Of a DNA stretch of 64,000 nucleotides, positions 1 to 15,000 are shown one piece after another; the stretch's first letter is position 1; each line of letters begins with the position of its first letter. The stretch comes from Phyllobates terribilis (lineage: Eukaryota): the NCBI RefSeq assembly GCF_046119375.1, contig NW_027362767.1, forward strand, positions 389,174,001 through 389,238,000, in the 5' to 3' direction. The notes below the pieces were generated by a model, which saw only the letters and a list, made by a program, of their open reading frames with translations, was not told the DNA's origin and searched no databases. A program made the translations under genes and the position numbers.

Positions 1-3000
1 CGTCTTGGTAATCTTCTGCGACCTCCACCACTCTTCCAAGGGGCATTGATATTGTCTTTTTATTCCACTGCGACCTCCACCACTCTTCCAAGGGGCATTA
101 AAACCGTCTTGTTAAGCTACTGCGACCTCCACCATTCTTCCAAGGGGCATTGGTATTGTCTTTTTATTCCACTGTGACTTCCTCCACTTTTCCAAGGGGC
201 ATTAAAACCGTCTTGTTAAGCTACTGTGACCTCCACGTCTCTTCCACTGGTCAGTGATATTGTCTTTTTATTCCACTGCGACCTCCACCACTCTTCCAAG
301 GGGCATTAAAACCTTCTTGTTAAGCTACTGTAACCTCCACGTCTCTTCAAAGGGGCATTAAAACTGTCTTGTTAAGCTACTGCAACCACCACCACTCTAC
401 CAAGGGTCATTGATATTGTCTTTTTATTCCACTGCGACCTCCAACACTCTTCCAAGGGGCATTAAAACCGTCTTGTTAAGCTACTGTGACCTCCAAGTCT
501 CTTCCACGGGGCATTGATATTGTCTTTTTATTCCACTCTGACCTCCACCACTCTTCCAAGGGGCAGTAAAAATGTCTTGTTAAGCTACTGTGACCTCCAC
601 GTCTCTTCCACGGGGCAATGATATTGTCTTTTTATTCCACTCCGACCTCCACCACTCTTCCAAGGGGCATTAAAACCATCTTTTTAAGCTACTGCGACCT
701 CCACCATTCTTCCAATGGGCATTGATATTGTCTTTTTTTTCCACTGCAACTTCCAGAATTTTTCCAAGGGGCATTAAAACCGTCTTGTTAAGCTACTGTG
801 ACCTCCACGTCTCTTCCGCGGGTCATTGATATTGTCTTTTTATTCCACTGCGACCTCCACCACTCTTCCAATGGGCATTAAAACCGTCTTGTTAAGCAAC
901 TGCGACTTCCACGTCTCTTCCACGGGGCATTGATATTGTTTTTTTATTCCACTGCGACCTCCACCACTCTTCAAAGAGGCATTAAAACCGTGTTGTTAAG
1001 CGACTGTGACCTCCACGTCTCTTCCACGGGGCATTGATATTGTCTTTTTATTCCACTGTGACCTCCACCACTTTTCCAAGGGGCATTAAAACTGTCTTGT
1101 TAAGATACTGTGACCTCCTAGTCTCTTCCATGGGGCATTGATGTTGTCTTTTTATTCGACTGCGACCTCCACCACTCTTCCAAGGGGCAGTAAAACCGTC
1201 TTGTTAAGCTACTGCAACCTCCACCAAACTTCCAAGGGGCATTAAAACCGTCTTGTTAAGCTACTGTGACATCCACGTCTCTTCCACGGGGCATTTATAT
1301 TGTCTTTTTATTCCACAGCGACCCCCACCACTCTTCCAAGGGGCATTAAAAACGTCTTGTTAAGCTACTGTGACCTCCACATCTCTTCCAAGGGGCATTA
1401 AAACCTTCTTGTTATGCTTCTGTGACCTCCACCACTCTTCCAAAGGGCATTGATATTGTCTTTTTATTCCACTGTAACCTCCACGTCTCTTCCAAGGGGA
1501 ATTAAAACCGTCTTGTTAAGCTACTGTGACCTCCACGTCTCTACCAAGGGGCATTTAAACCATTTTGTTAAGCTACTGTGACCTCCACATCTCTTCCAAG
1601 GGGCATTAAAACTATCTTGTTATGCTACTGCGACCTCCACCACTCCTCCAAGGGGCATTGATATTCTCTTTTTATTCCACTGCGACCTCCACCACTCTTC
1701 CAAGGGGCATTAAAACCATCTTGTTAAGCTACTGTGACCTCCACGTCTCTTCCATGGGGCATTAATATTGTCTTTTTATTCCACTGCAACCTCCACCACT
1801 CTTCCAAGGGGCATTAAAACCGTCTTGTTAAGCTACTGTGAACTCCACGTCTCTTCCACGGGGCATTGAAATTGTATTTTTATTCCACTGCAACCTCCAC
1901 CACTCTTCCAAGGGGCATTAAAACCGTCTTGTTAAGCTACTCTGACCTCCAAGTCTCTTCCACGGGGCATTGATATTGTCTTTTTATTCCACTGCGACCT
2001 CCACCACTCTTCCAAGGGGCATTAAAAACGTCTTGATAAGCTACTGTGACCTCCACATCTCTTCCAAGAGGCATTAAAACCGTCTTGTTAAGCTACTGCA
2101 ACCACCACCACTCTTCCAAGGGTCATTGATATTGTCTTTTTATTCCACTGCGACCTCCACCACTCTTCCAAGGGGCATTAAAAACCTCTTGTTAAGCTAC
2201 TGTGACCTCTACTTCTCTTATACGGGGCATTGATATTGTCTTTTTATTCCACTGCGACTTCCACCACTCTTCCAAGGGGCATTAAAACCGTCTTGTTAAG
2301 CTACTGCGACCTCCACCACTCTTCCAAGGGGCATTGATATTGTCTTTTTATTCCACTGCTACCTCCACCACTCTTCCAAGGGGCATTAAAACCGTCTTGT
2401 TAAGCTACTGCGACCTCCACCACTCTTCCACGGGGCATTGACATTGTCTTTTTATTCCACTGCGACCTCCACCATTCTTCCAAGGGGCATTGATATTGTC
2501 TTTTTATTCCACTGCGTCTTCCACCACTTTTCCAAGGGGCATTAAAACCGTCTTGTTAAGCTACTGTGACCTCCATGTCTCTTCCACGGGTCACTGATAT
2601 TGTCATTTTATTCCACTGCGACCTCCAGCACTCTTCCAAGGGGCAGTAAAACCGTCTTGTTAAGCTACTCTGACCTCCAAGTCTCTTCCACGGGGCATTG
2701 ATATTGTCTTTTTATTCCACTGCGACCTCCAACACTCTTCCAAGGGGCAGTAAAACCGTCTTGTTAAGTTACTGCATCCTCCACAAAACTTCCAAGGGGC
2801 ATTAAAACCGTCTTGTTAAGCTACTGTGACCTCCACGTCTCTTCCATGGGGCATTAATATTGTCTTTTTATTCCACCGCGACCACCACCACTCTTCCAAG
2901 GGGTATTAAAACCGTCTTGTTAAGCTACTGTGAACTCCACGTCTCTTCCACGGGGCACTGAAATTGTCTTTTTATTCCACTGCAACCTCCACCACTCTTC

Positions 3001-6000
3001 CAAGGGGCATTAAAACCGTCTTGTTAAGCTACTCTGACCTCCAAGTCTCTTCCACGGGGCATTGATATTGTCTTTTTATTCCACTGCGACCTCCAACACT
3101 CTTCCAAGGGGCAATAAAACCATCTTGTTAAGTTACTGCATCCTCCACAAAACTTCCAAGGGGCATTAAAACCGTCTTGTTAAGCTACTGTGACCTCCAC
3201 GTCTCTTCCACGGGGCATTGATATTGTCTTTTTATTCCACTGCGACTTCCACCACTCTTCCAAGGGGCATTAAAAACGTCTTGATAAGCTACTGTGACCT
3301 CCACAAAACTTCCAAGGGGCATTAAAACCGTCTTGTTAAGCTACTGCGACCTCCACCATTCTTCCAAGGGGCATTGATATTGTCTTTTTATTCCACTGCG
3401 TCTTCCACCACTTTTCCAAGGGGCATTAAAACCATCTTGTTAAGCTACTGTGACCTCAATGTCTCTTCCACGGGTCAGTGATATTGTCTTTTTATTCCAC
3501 TGCGACATCCACCACTCTTCCAAGGGGCATGAACACCGTCTTATTAAGCTACTGTGACCTCCACGTCTCTTCCACGGGGCATTGATATTGTCTTTTTATT
3601 CCACTGCGACATCCACCACTCTTCCAAGGGGCATTAAAACCGTCTTCTTAATCTACTGTGACCTCCAAGTCTCTTCCACGGGGCATTGATATTGTCTTTT
3701 TATTCCACTGCGACCTCCAACACTCTTCCAAGGGGCAGTAAAACCGTCTTGTTAAGTTACTGCATCCTCCACAAAACTTCCAAGGGGCATTAAAACCGTC
3801 TTGTTAAGCTACTGTGACCTCCACGTCTCTTCCACGGGGCATTGATATTGTCTTTTTATTCCACTGCGACCTCCACCACTCTTCCAAGGGGCATTAAAAA
3901 CGTCTTGATAAGCTACTGTGACCTCCACATCTTTTCCAAGAGGCATTAAAACCGTCTTGTTAAGCTACTGCAACCACCACCACTCTTCCAAGGGTCATTG
4001 ATATTGTCTTTTTATTCCACTGCGACCTCCACCACTCTTCCAAGGGGCATTAAAACCCTCTTGTTAAGCTACTGTGACCTCCACTTCTCTTATACGGGGC
4101 ATTGATATTGTCTTTTTATTCCACTGCGACTTCCACCACTCTTCCAAGGGGCATTAAAACCATCTTGTTAAGCTACTGCGACCTCCACCACTCTTCCAAG
4201 GGGCATTGATATTGTCTTTTTATTCCACTGCTACCTCCACCACTCTTCCAAGGGGCATTAAAACCGTCTTGTTAAGCTACTGCGACCTCCACCACTCTTC
4301 CACGGGGCATTGACATTGTCTTTTTATTCCACTGCGACCTCCACCATTCTTCCAAGGGGCATTGATTTTGTCTTTTTATTCCACTGCGTCTTCCACCACT
4401 TTTCCAAGGGGCATTAAAACCGTCTTGTTAAGCTACTGTGACCTCCATGTCTCTTCCACGGGTCACTGATATTGTCATTTTATTCCACTGCGACCTCCAG
4501 CACTCTTCCAAGGGGCAGTAAAACCGTATTGTTAAGCTACTGTGACCTCCACGTCTCTTCCACGGGGCAATGGTATTGTCTTTTTATTCCACTGCGACCT
4601 CCACCACTCTTCCAAGGGGCATTAAAACCATCTTGTTAAGCTACTGCGATCTCCACCATTCTTCCAAGGGGCATTGATATTGTCTTTTTATTCCACTGAG
4701 ACTTCCATCATTTTTCCAAGGGGCATTAAAACCGTCTTGTTAAGCTACTGTGACCTCCACAAAACTTCCAAGGGGCATTAAAACCATCTTGTTAAGCTAC
4801 TGCGACCTTCACCATTCTTCCATGGGGCATTGATATTGTCTTTTTATTCCACTGGGTCTTCCACCACTTTTCCAAGGGGCATTAAAACCATCTTGTTAAG
4901 CTACTGTGACCTCAATGTCTCTTCCACGGGTCAGTGATATTGTCTTTTTATTCCACTGCGACATCCACCACTCTTCCAAGGGGCATGAACACCGTCTTAT
5001 TAAGCTACTGTGACCTCCACGTCTCTTCCACGGGGCATTGATATTGTCTTTTTATTCCACTGCGACCTCCACCACTCTTCCAAGGGGCATTAAAACCGTC
5101 TTCTTAATCTACTGTGACCTCCAAGTCTCTTCCACGGGGCATTGATATTGTCTTTTTATTCCACTGCGATCTCCACCACTCTTCCAAGGGGCATTAAAAC
5201 CGTCTTGTTAAGCTAATGCGACCTCCACCATTCTTCCAAGGGGCATTGATATTGTCTTTTTATTCCACTGCGACTTCCTCCACTTTTCCAAGGGGCATTA
5301 AAACCTTCTTGTTAAGCTACTGTGACCTCCACGTCTCTTCCACTTGTCATTGATATTGTCTTTTTATTCCACTGCGACCTCCACCACTTTTCCAAGGGGC
5401 ATTAAAACCCTCTTTTTAAGCTATTGCGACCTCCACCACTCTTCCAAGGTGCATTGATATTATTCCACTGCGACCTCCACCACTCTTCCAAGGGGCATTA
5501 AAACTGTCTTGTTAAGTTACTGTGACCTCTATGTCTCTACCACGGGGCATTGATATTGTCTTTTTATTCCACTGCGACCTCCTTCACTCTTCCAAGGGGC
5601 ATTAAAACCCTCTTGTTAAGCTACTGTGAACTCCACTTCTCTTATACGGGGCATTGATATTGTCTTTTTATTCCACTGCGACCTCCACCACTCTTCTAAG
5701 GGGCTTTAAAACCGTCTTGTTAGGCTACTGTGTCCTCCACGTCTCTTCCACGGGTCAGTGATATTGTCTTTTTATTCCACTGCGACCTCCACTACTCTTC
5801 CAAGGGGCATTAACACCGTCTTGTTAAGCTACTGTGACCTCCACATCTCTTCCACGGGGCATTGATATTGTCTTTTTATTCCACTGCGACCTCGACCACT
5901 CTTCCAAGGGGCATTAAAACCATCTTGTTAAGCTACTGTGACCTCCACGTCTCTACCACGGGGCATTGATATTGTCTTTTAATTCCACAGCGACCTCCAC

Positions 6001-9000
6001 CACTCTTCCAAGGGGCATTAAAACCGTCTTGTTAAGCTACTGCGACCTCCACCATTCTTCCAAGGGGCAATGATATTGTCTTTTTATTCCACTGTGACTT
6101 CCTCCACTGTTCCAAGGGGCATTAAAACCGTCTTGTTAAGCTACTGTGACCTCCACGTCTCTTCCACGGGTCAGTGATATTGTCTTTTTATTCCACTGCG
6201 ACCTCCACAACTCTTCCAAGGGGCATTAAAACCATCTTGTTAAGCTACTGTGACCTCCACGTCTCTTCCAAGAGGCATTAAAACTGTCTTGTTAAGCTAC
6301 TGCAACCACCACCACTCTTCCAAGGGTCATTGATATTGTCTTTTTATTCCACTGCGACCTCCACCACTCTTCCAAGGGGCATTAAAACCCTCTTGTTAAG
6401 CTACTGTGACCTTCACTTCTCTTATACGGGGCATTGATATTGTCTTTTTATTCCACTGCGACTTCCACCACTCTTCCAAGGGGCATTAAAACCGTCTTTT
6501 TAAGATAATGCAACCTCCACCACTCTTCCAAGGGGCATTGATATTGTCTTTTTATTCCACTGCTACCTCCACCACTCTTCCAAGGGGCATTAAAACCGTC
6601 TTGTTAAGCTACTGTGACCTCCATGTCTCTATCACGGGGCAGTGACATTGTCTTTTTATTAAACTGCAACCTCCACCATTCTTCCAAGGGGCATTAAAAC
6701 CATCTTGTTAAGCTACTGTGACTTCCAAGTCTCTTCCATGGGGCACTGATATTGTCATTTTATTCCACTGCGACCTCCAGCACTCTTCCAAGGGGCAGTA
6801 AAACCGTATTGTTAAGCTACTGTGACCTCCACGTCTCTTCCACGGGGCAATGGTATTGTCTTTTTATTCCACTGCGACCTCCACCACTCTTCCAAGGGGC
6901 ATTAAAACCATCTTGTTAAGCTACTGCGATCTCCACCATTCTTCCAAGGGGCATTGATATTGTCTTTTTATTCCACTGCGACTTCCATCAATTTTCCAAG
7001 GGGCATTAAAACCGTCTTGTTAAGCTACTGTGACCTCCACAAAACTTCCAAGGGGCATTAAAACCGTCTTGTTAAGCTACTGCGACCTCCACCATTCTTC
7101 CAAGGGGCATTGATATTGTCTTTTTATTCCACTGCAACATCCACCACTTTTCCAAGGGGCATTAAAACTGTCTTATTAAGCTACTGTGACCTCCATGTCT
7201 GTTCCATGGGTCAGTGATATTGTCTTTTTATTCCACTGCGACATCCACCACTCTTCCAAGGGGCATTAAAACCGTGTTCTTAATCTACTGTGACCTCCAA
7301 GTCTCTTCCGCGGGGCATTGATATTGTCTTTTTATTCCACTGCGACCTCCACCACTCTTCCAAGGGGCATTAAAACCGTCTTGTTAAGCTACTGCGACCT
7401 CCACCATTCTTCCAAGGGGCATTGATATTGTCTTTTTATTCCACTGCGACTTCCTCCACTTTTCCAATGGGCATTAAAACCGTCTTGTTAAGCTACTGTG
7501 ACCTCCACGTCTCTTCCACTGGTCATTGATATTGTCTTTTTATTCCACTGCGACCTCCACCACTCTTCCAAGGGGCTTTAAAACCGTCTTGTTAAGCTAC
7601 TGCGACCTCCACCACTCTTCCAAGGCGCATTGATATTGTCTTTTTATTCCACTGCGACCTCCAAAACTCTTCCAAGGGGCATTAAAACCGTCTTGTTAAG
7701 CTACTGTGACCTCCACGTCTCTTCCATGGGGCATTGATATTGTCTTTTTATTCCACTGCAACCTCCATCACTCTTCCAAGTGGCATTAAAACCGTCTTGT
7801 TAAGCTACTGTGACCTCCACGTCTCTTCCATGGGGCATTGATATTGTCTTTTAATTCCACTGCGACCTCCACCACTCTTCCAAGGGGCATTAAAACTGTC
7901 TTGTTAAGCTACTGTGACCTCCAAGTCTCTTCCACGGGGCATTGATATTGTCTTTTTATTCCACTGTGACCTCCACCACTCTTCCAAGGGGCATTAAAAC
8001 CGTCTTGCTAAGATACTGCGACCTCCACCATTCTTCCAAGGAGCATTGATATTGTCTTTTTATTCCACTGCGACTTCCACCACTTTTCCAAGGGGCATTA
8101 AAACCGTCTTGTTAAGCTACTGTGACCTCCAAGTCTCTTCCACGGGGCATTGATATTGTCTTTTTATTCGACTGCGACCTCCACCACTCTTCCAAGGGGC
8201 GGTAAAACCGTCTTGTTAAGCTACTGCAACCTCCACCAAACTTCCAAGGGGCATTAAAACTGTCTTGTTAAGCTACTGTGACATCCACCTCTCTTCCACG
8301 GGGCATTGATATTGTCTTTTTATTCTACTGCGGACTCCACCACTCTTCCAAGGGGCATTAAAAACGTCTGGTTATATACTGTGACCTCCACATCTCTTCC
8401 ACGGTGCATTGATATTGTTTTTTATTCCACTGCGACGCCCACCACTCTTCCAAGGGGCATTAAAACCGTCTTGTTAAGCTATTGTGACCTCCACATCTCT
8501 ACCAAGGGGCATTAAAACCATCTAGTTAATCTTCTTTGACCTCCACCACTCTTCCAAGGGGCATTGATATTGTCTTTTTATTCCACTGTAACCTGCACGT
8601 CTCTTCCAAGGGGCATTAAAACCATTTTGTTAAGCTACTGTGACCTGCACGTCTCTTCCAAGGGGCATTAAAACTGTCTTGTTATGCTACTGCGACCTCC
8701 ACCACTCCTCCAAGGGGCATTGATATTCTCTTTTTATTCCACTGCGACCTCCACCACTCTTCCAGTGGGCATTAAAACCATCTTGTTAAGCTACTGTGAC
8801 CTCCACGTCTCTTCCATGGGGCATTAATATTGTCTTTTTATTCCACTGCGACCTCCACCACTCTTCCAAGGGGCATTAAAACCGTCTTGTTAAGCTACTC
8901 TGACCTCCATGTCTCTTCCACGGAGCATTGATATTGTCTTTTTATTCCACTGTGACCTCCAACACTCTTCCAAGGGGCAGTAAAACCGTCTTGTTAAGCT

Positions 9001-12000
9001 ACTGCAACCTCCACAAAACTTCCAAGGGGCATTAAAACCGTCTTGTTAAGCTACTGTGACCTCCACGTCTCTTCCACGGGGCATTGATATTGTCTTTTTA
9101 TTCCACTGCGACCTCCACCACTCTTCCAAGGGGCATTAAAAACGTCTTGATAAGCTACTGTGACCTCCACATCTCTTCCAAGGGGCATTGATATTGTCTT
9201 TTTATTCCACTGTGACTTCCACGTCTCTTCCAAGGGGCATTAAAACCATCTTGTTAAGCTACTGTGACCTCCACGTCTCTTCCAAGGGGCATTAAAACCA
9301 TCTTGTTAAGCTGCTGTGACCTCCATGTCTCTTCCAAGGGGCAGTAAAACTGTCTTTTTATGCTACTGCGACCTCCACCACTCTTCCAAGGGGCATTGAT
9401 ATTATCTTTTTATTCCACTGCGACTTCCACCACTCTTCCAAGGGGCATTAAAACCCATCTTGTTAAGCTACTGTGACCTCCACGTCTCTTCGACGGGGCA
9501 TTGATATTGTCTTTTTTTTCCACTGCGACCTCGACCACTCTTCCAAGGGATATTAAAACCGTCTTATTAAGCTACTGTGAACTCCACGTCTCTTCCACGG
9601 GGCATTGAAATTGTCTTTTTCATTCCACTGCGACCTCCACCACTTTTCCAAGGGGCAGTAAAACCGTCTTGTTAAGCTACTGTGACCTCCACCAATCTTC
9701 CAAGGGGCATTAAAAACGTCTTGTTTAGCTACTGTGACCTCCATGTCTCTTCCACTGTGCATTGATATTGTCTTTTTATTCCACTGCAACCTCCACCACT
9801 CTTCCAAGGGGCGTTAAAACCATCTTGTTAAGCTTTTGTGACCTCCACATCTCTTCCAAGGGGCATTAAATCCGTCTTGGTAAGCTTCTGCGACCTCCAC
9901 CACTCTTCCAAGGGGCATTGATATTGTCTTTTTATTCCACTGCGACCTCCACCACTCTTCCAAGGGGCATTAAAACCGTCTTGTTAAGCTACTGCGACCT
10001 CCACCATTCTTCCAAGGGGCATTGGTATTGTCTTTTTATTCCACTGTGACTTCCTCCACTTTTCCAAGGGGCATTAAAACCGTCTTGTTAAGCTACTGTG
10101 ACCTCCACGTCTCTTCCACTGGTCAGTGATATTGTCTTTTTATTCCACTGCGACCTCCACCACTCTTCCAAGGGGTATTAAAACCTTCTTGTTAAGCTAC
10201 TGTGACCTCCACGTCTCTTCCAAGGGGCATTAAAACTGTCTTGTTAAGCTACTGCAACCACCACCACTGTACCAAGGGTCATTGATATTGTCTTTTTATT
10301 CCACTGCGACCTCCACCACTCTTCCAAGGGGCATTAAAACCATCTTGTTAAGCTACTGTGACCTCCAAGTCTCTTCCACGGGGCATTGATATTGTCTTTT
10401 TATTCCACTCTGACCTCCACCACTCTTCCAAGGGGCAGTAAAAATGTCTTGTTAAACTACTGTGACCTCCACGTCTCTTCCACGGGGCAATGATATTGTC
10501 TTTTTATTCCACTCCGACCTCCACCACTCTTCCAAGGGGCATTAAAACTATCTTTTTAAGCTACTGCGACCTCCACCATTCTTCCAATGGGCATTGATAT
10601 TGTCTTTTTTTTCCACTGCGACTTCCAGAATTTTTCCAAGGGGCATTAAAACCGTCCTGTTAAGCTACTGTGACCTCCATGTCTCTTCCGCGGGTCATTG
10701 ATATTGTCTTTTTATTCCACTGCGACCTCCACCACTCTTCCAAGGGGCATTAACACCGTCTTGTTAAGCAACTGCGACCTCCACGTCTCTTCCACGGGGC
10801 ATTAATATTGTTTTTTTATTCCACTGCGACCTCCACCACTCTTCCAAGAGGCATTAAAACCGTCTTGTTAAGCTACTGTGACCTCCACGTCTCTTCCACG
10901 GGGCATTGATATTGTCTTTTTATTCCACTGTGACCTCCACCACTTTTCCAAGGGGCATTAAAACTGTCTTGTTAAGCTACTGTGACCTCCAAGTCTCTTC
11001 CACGGGGCATTGATGTTGTCTTTTTATTCCACTGCGACCTCCACCACTCTTCCAAGGGGCAGTAAAACCGTCTTGTTAAGCTACTGCAGCCTCCACCAAA
11101 CTTCCAAGGGGCATTAAAACCGTCTTGTTAAGCTACTGTGACATCCACGTCTCTTCCACGGTGCATTTATATTGTCTTTTTATTCCACAGCGACCCCCAC
11201 AACTCTTCCAATGGGCATTAAAAACGTCTTGTTAAGCTACTGTGACCTCCACGTCTCTTCCAAGGGGCATTAAAACCTTCTTGTTAAGCTTCTGTGACCT
11301 CCACCACTCTTCCAAAGGGCATTGATATTGTCTTTTTATTCCACTGTAACCTCCACGTCTCTTCCAAGGGGCATTAAAACCGTCTTGTTAAGCTACTGTG
11401 ACCTCCACGTCTATACCAAGGGGCATTAAAACCATTTTGTTAAGCTACTGTGACCTCCACATCTCTTCCAAGGGGCATTAAAACTGTCTTGTTATGCTAC
11501 TGCGACCTCCACCACTCCTCCAAGGGGCATTGATATTCTCTTTTTATTCCACTGCGACCTCCACCACTCTTCCAATGGGCATTAAAACCATCTTGTTAAG
11601 CTACTGTGACCTCCACGTCTCTTCCATGGGGCATTAATATTGTCTTTTTATTCCACTGCGACCTCCACCACTCTTCCAAGGGGCATTAAAACTGTCTTGT
11701 TAAGCTACTGTGAACTCCACGTCTCTTCCACGGGGCATTGAAATTGTATTTTTATTCCACTGCAACCTCCACCACTCTTCCAAGGGGCATTAAAACCGTC
11801 TTGTTAAGCTACTCTGACCTCCAAGTCTCTTCCACGGGGCATTGATATTGTCTTTTTATTCCACTGCGACCTCCAACACTCTTCCAAGGGGCAGTAAAAC
11901 CGTCTTGTTAAGTTACTGCATCCTCCACAAAACTTCCAAGGGGCATTAAAACAGTCTTGTTAAGCTACTGTGACCTCCACGTCTCTTCCACGGGGCATTG

Positions 12001-15000
12001 ATATTGTCTTTTTATTCCACTGCGACCTCCACCACTCTTCCAAGGGGCATTAAAAACGTCTTGATAAGCTACTGTGACCTCCACATCTCTTCCAAGGGGC
12101 ATTAAAACCATCTTGTTAAGCTTCTGTGACCTCCACCACTCTTCCAAAGGGCATTGATATTGTCTTTTTATTCCTCTGTAACCTCCACGTCTCTTCCAAG
12201 GGGCATTAAAACCATCTTGTTAAGCTACTGTGACCTCCACGTCTCTACCAAGGGGCATTAAAACCATATTGTTAAGCTACTGTGACCTCCACCACTCTTC
12301 CAAGGGCCATTGATATTGTCTTTTTATTCCACTGCGACCTCCACCACTCTTCCAAGGGGCATTAAAACCCTCTTGTTAAGCTACTGTGACCTCCACTTCT
12401 CTTTTACGGGGCATTGATAATGTCTTTTTATTCCACTGCGACTTTCACCACTCTTCCAAGGGGCATTAAAACCGTATTGCTAAGCTACTGCGACCTCCAC
12501 CACTCTTCCAAGGGGCATTAAAACCGTCTTGTTAAGCTACTGTGACCTCCATGTGTCTATCACGGGGCATTGATATTGTCTTTTTATTCCACTGCGACCT
12601 CCACCACTCTACCAAGGGGCATTAAAACCATCTTGTTAAGCTACTGTGACTTCCACGTCTCTTCCATGGGGCTCTGATATTGTCATTTTATTCCACTGCG
12701 ACCTCCACCACTCTTCCAAGTGGCATTAAAACCGTCTTGTTAAGCTACTGTGATCTCCAAGTCTCTTCAACGGGGCATTGATATTGTCTTTTTATTCCAC
12801 TGTGACCTCCACCACTCTTCCAAGGGGCAGTAAATCCATCTTGTTAAGCTACTACGACCTCCACCAAACTTCCAAGGGGCATTAAAACCATCTTGTTAAG
12901 CTACTGTGACCTCCACGTCTCTTCCACAGGGCATTGATATTGTCTTTTTATTCCACTGCGACCTCCACCACTCTTCCATGGGGCTTTAAAAAGGTCTTGT
13001 TTAGCTACTGTGACCTCCATGTCTCTTCCACGGTGCATTGATATTGTCTTTTTATTCCACTGCAACCTCCACCACTCTCCCAAGGGACATTAAAACCGTC
13101 TTGTTAAGCTTTTGTGACCTCCACATCTCTTCCAAGGGGCATTAAATCCGTCTTGTTATGCTTCTGCGACCTCCATCACTCTTCCAAGGGGCATTGATAT
13201 TGTCTTTTTATTCTACTGTGACCTCCACGTCTCTTCCAAGGGGCTTTAAAAACGTCTTGTTTAGCTACCGTGACCTCCACGTCTCTTCCAAGGGGCAATA
13301 AAACCGTCTTGTTAAGCTTTTGTGACCTCCACATCTCTTTCAAGGAGCATTAAATCCGTCTTGTTATGCTTCTGCGACCTCCACCACTCTTCCAAGGGGC
13401 ATTGATATTGTCTTTTTATTCTACTGTGACCTCCACGTCTCTTCCAAGGGGCTTTAAAACCGTCTTGTTTAGCTACCATGACCTCCACGTCTTTTCCAAG
13501 GGGCATTAAAACTGTCTTGTTAAGCTACTGTGAACTCCACGTCTCTTCCATGGGGCATTGAAATTGTCTTTTTATTCCACTGCAACCTCCACCACTCTTC
13601 CAAGGGGCATTAAAACCGTCTTGTTAAGCTACTCTGACCTCCAAGTCTCTTCCAGGGGACATTGATATTGTCTTTTTATTCCACTGCGACCTCCAACACT
13701 CTTCCTAGGGGCAGTAAAACCGTCTTGTTAAGTTACTGCATCCTCCACAAAACTTCCAAGAGGTATTAAAACCGTCTTGTTAAGCTACTGTGACCTCCAC
13801 GTCTCTTCCACGGGGCATTGATATTGTTTTTTTATTCCACTGCGACCTCCACCACTCTTCCAAGGGGCATTAAAAACGTCTTGATAAGCTACTGTGACCT
13901 CCACATCTCTTCCAAGGGGCATTAAAACCAGCTTGTGAAGCTTCTGCGAACTCCTCCACTCTTCCAAGGGGTATTGATATTGTCTTTTTATTCCACTGTG
14001 ACCTCCACGTCTCTTCCAATGGGCATTAAAACCGTCTTGTTAAGCTACTGTGACCTCCACGTCTCTTCCAAGGGGCATTAAAACCATCTTGTTAAGCTGC
14101 TTTGACCTCCACTTCTCTTCCAAGGGGCATTAAAACTGTCTTTTTATGCTACTGCGACCTCCACCACTCTTCCAAGGGGCATTGATATTGTCTTTTTATT
14201 CCACTGCGACCTCCAGCACTCTTCCAAGGTGCATTAAAACCCACCTTGTTAAGCTACTGTGACCTCCACGTCTCTTCGACGGGACATTGATATTGTCATT
14301 TTTTTCCACTGCGACCTCCACCACTCTTCCAAGGGACATTAAAACCGTCTTTTTAAGCTACTGTGAACTCCACGTCTCTTCCACGGGGCATTGAAATTGT
14401 CTTTTTATTCCACTGCGACCTCCAACACTCTTCCAAGGGGCATTAAAACTATCTTGTTAAGCTACTGTGACCTCCAAGTCTCTTCCACGGTGCATTGATA
14501 TTGTCTTTTTATTCCACTGCGACCTCCACCACTCTTCCAAGGGGCAGTAAAACCATCTTGTTAAGCTACTGCGACCTCCACCAAACTTCCAAGGGGCATT
14601 AAATCCGTCTTGTTAAGCTACTGTGACCTCCACGTCTCTTCCACGGGGCATAGATATTGTCTTTTTATTCCACTGCGACCTCCACCACTCTTCCATGGGG
14701 CTTTAAAAACGTCTTGTTTAGCTACTGTGACCTCCATGTCTCTTCCACGGTGCATTGATATTGGCTGTTTATTCCACTGCAACCTTCACCACTCTTCCAT
14801 GGGACATTAGAACCGTCTTGTTAAGCTTTTGTGACCTCCACATCTCTTCCAAGGGGCATTAAATCCGTCTTGTTATGCTTCTGCGACCTCCACCACTCTT
14901 CCAAGGGGCATTGATATTGTCTTTTTATTCTACTGTGACCTCCACGTCTCTTCCAAGGGGCTTTAAAAACGTCTTGTTTAGCTACTGTGACCTCCATGTA

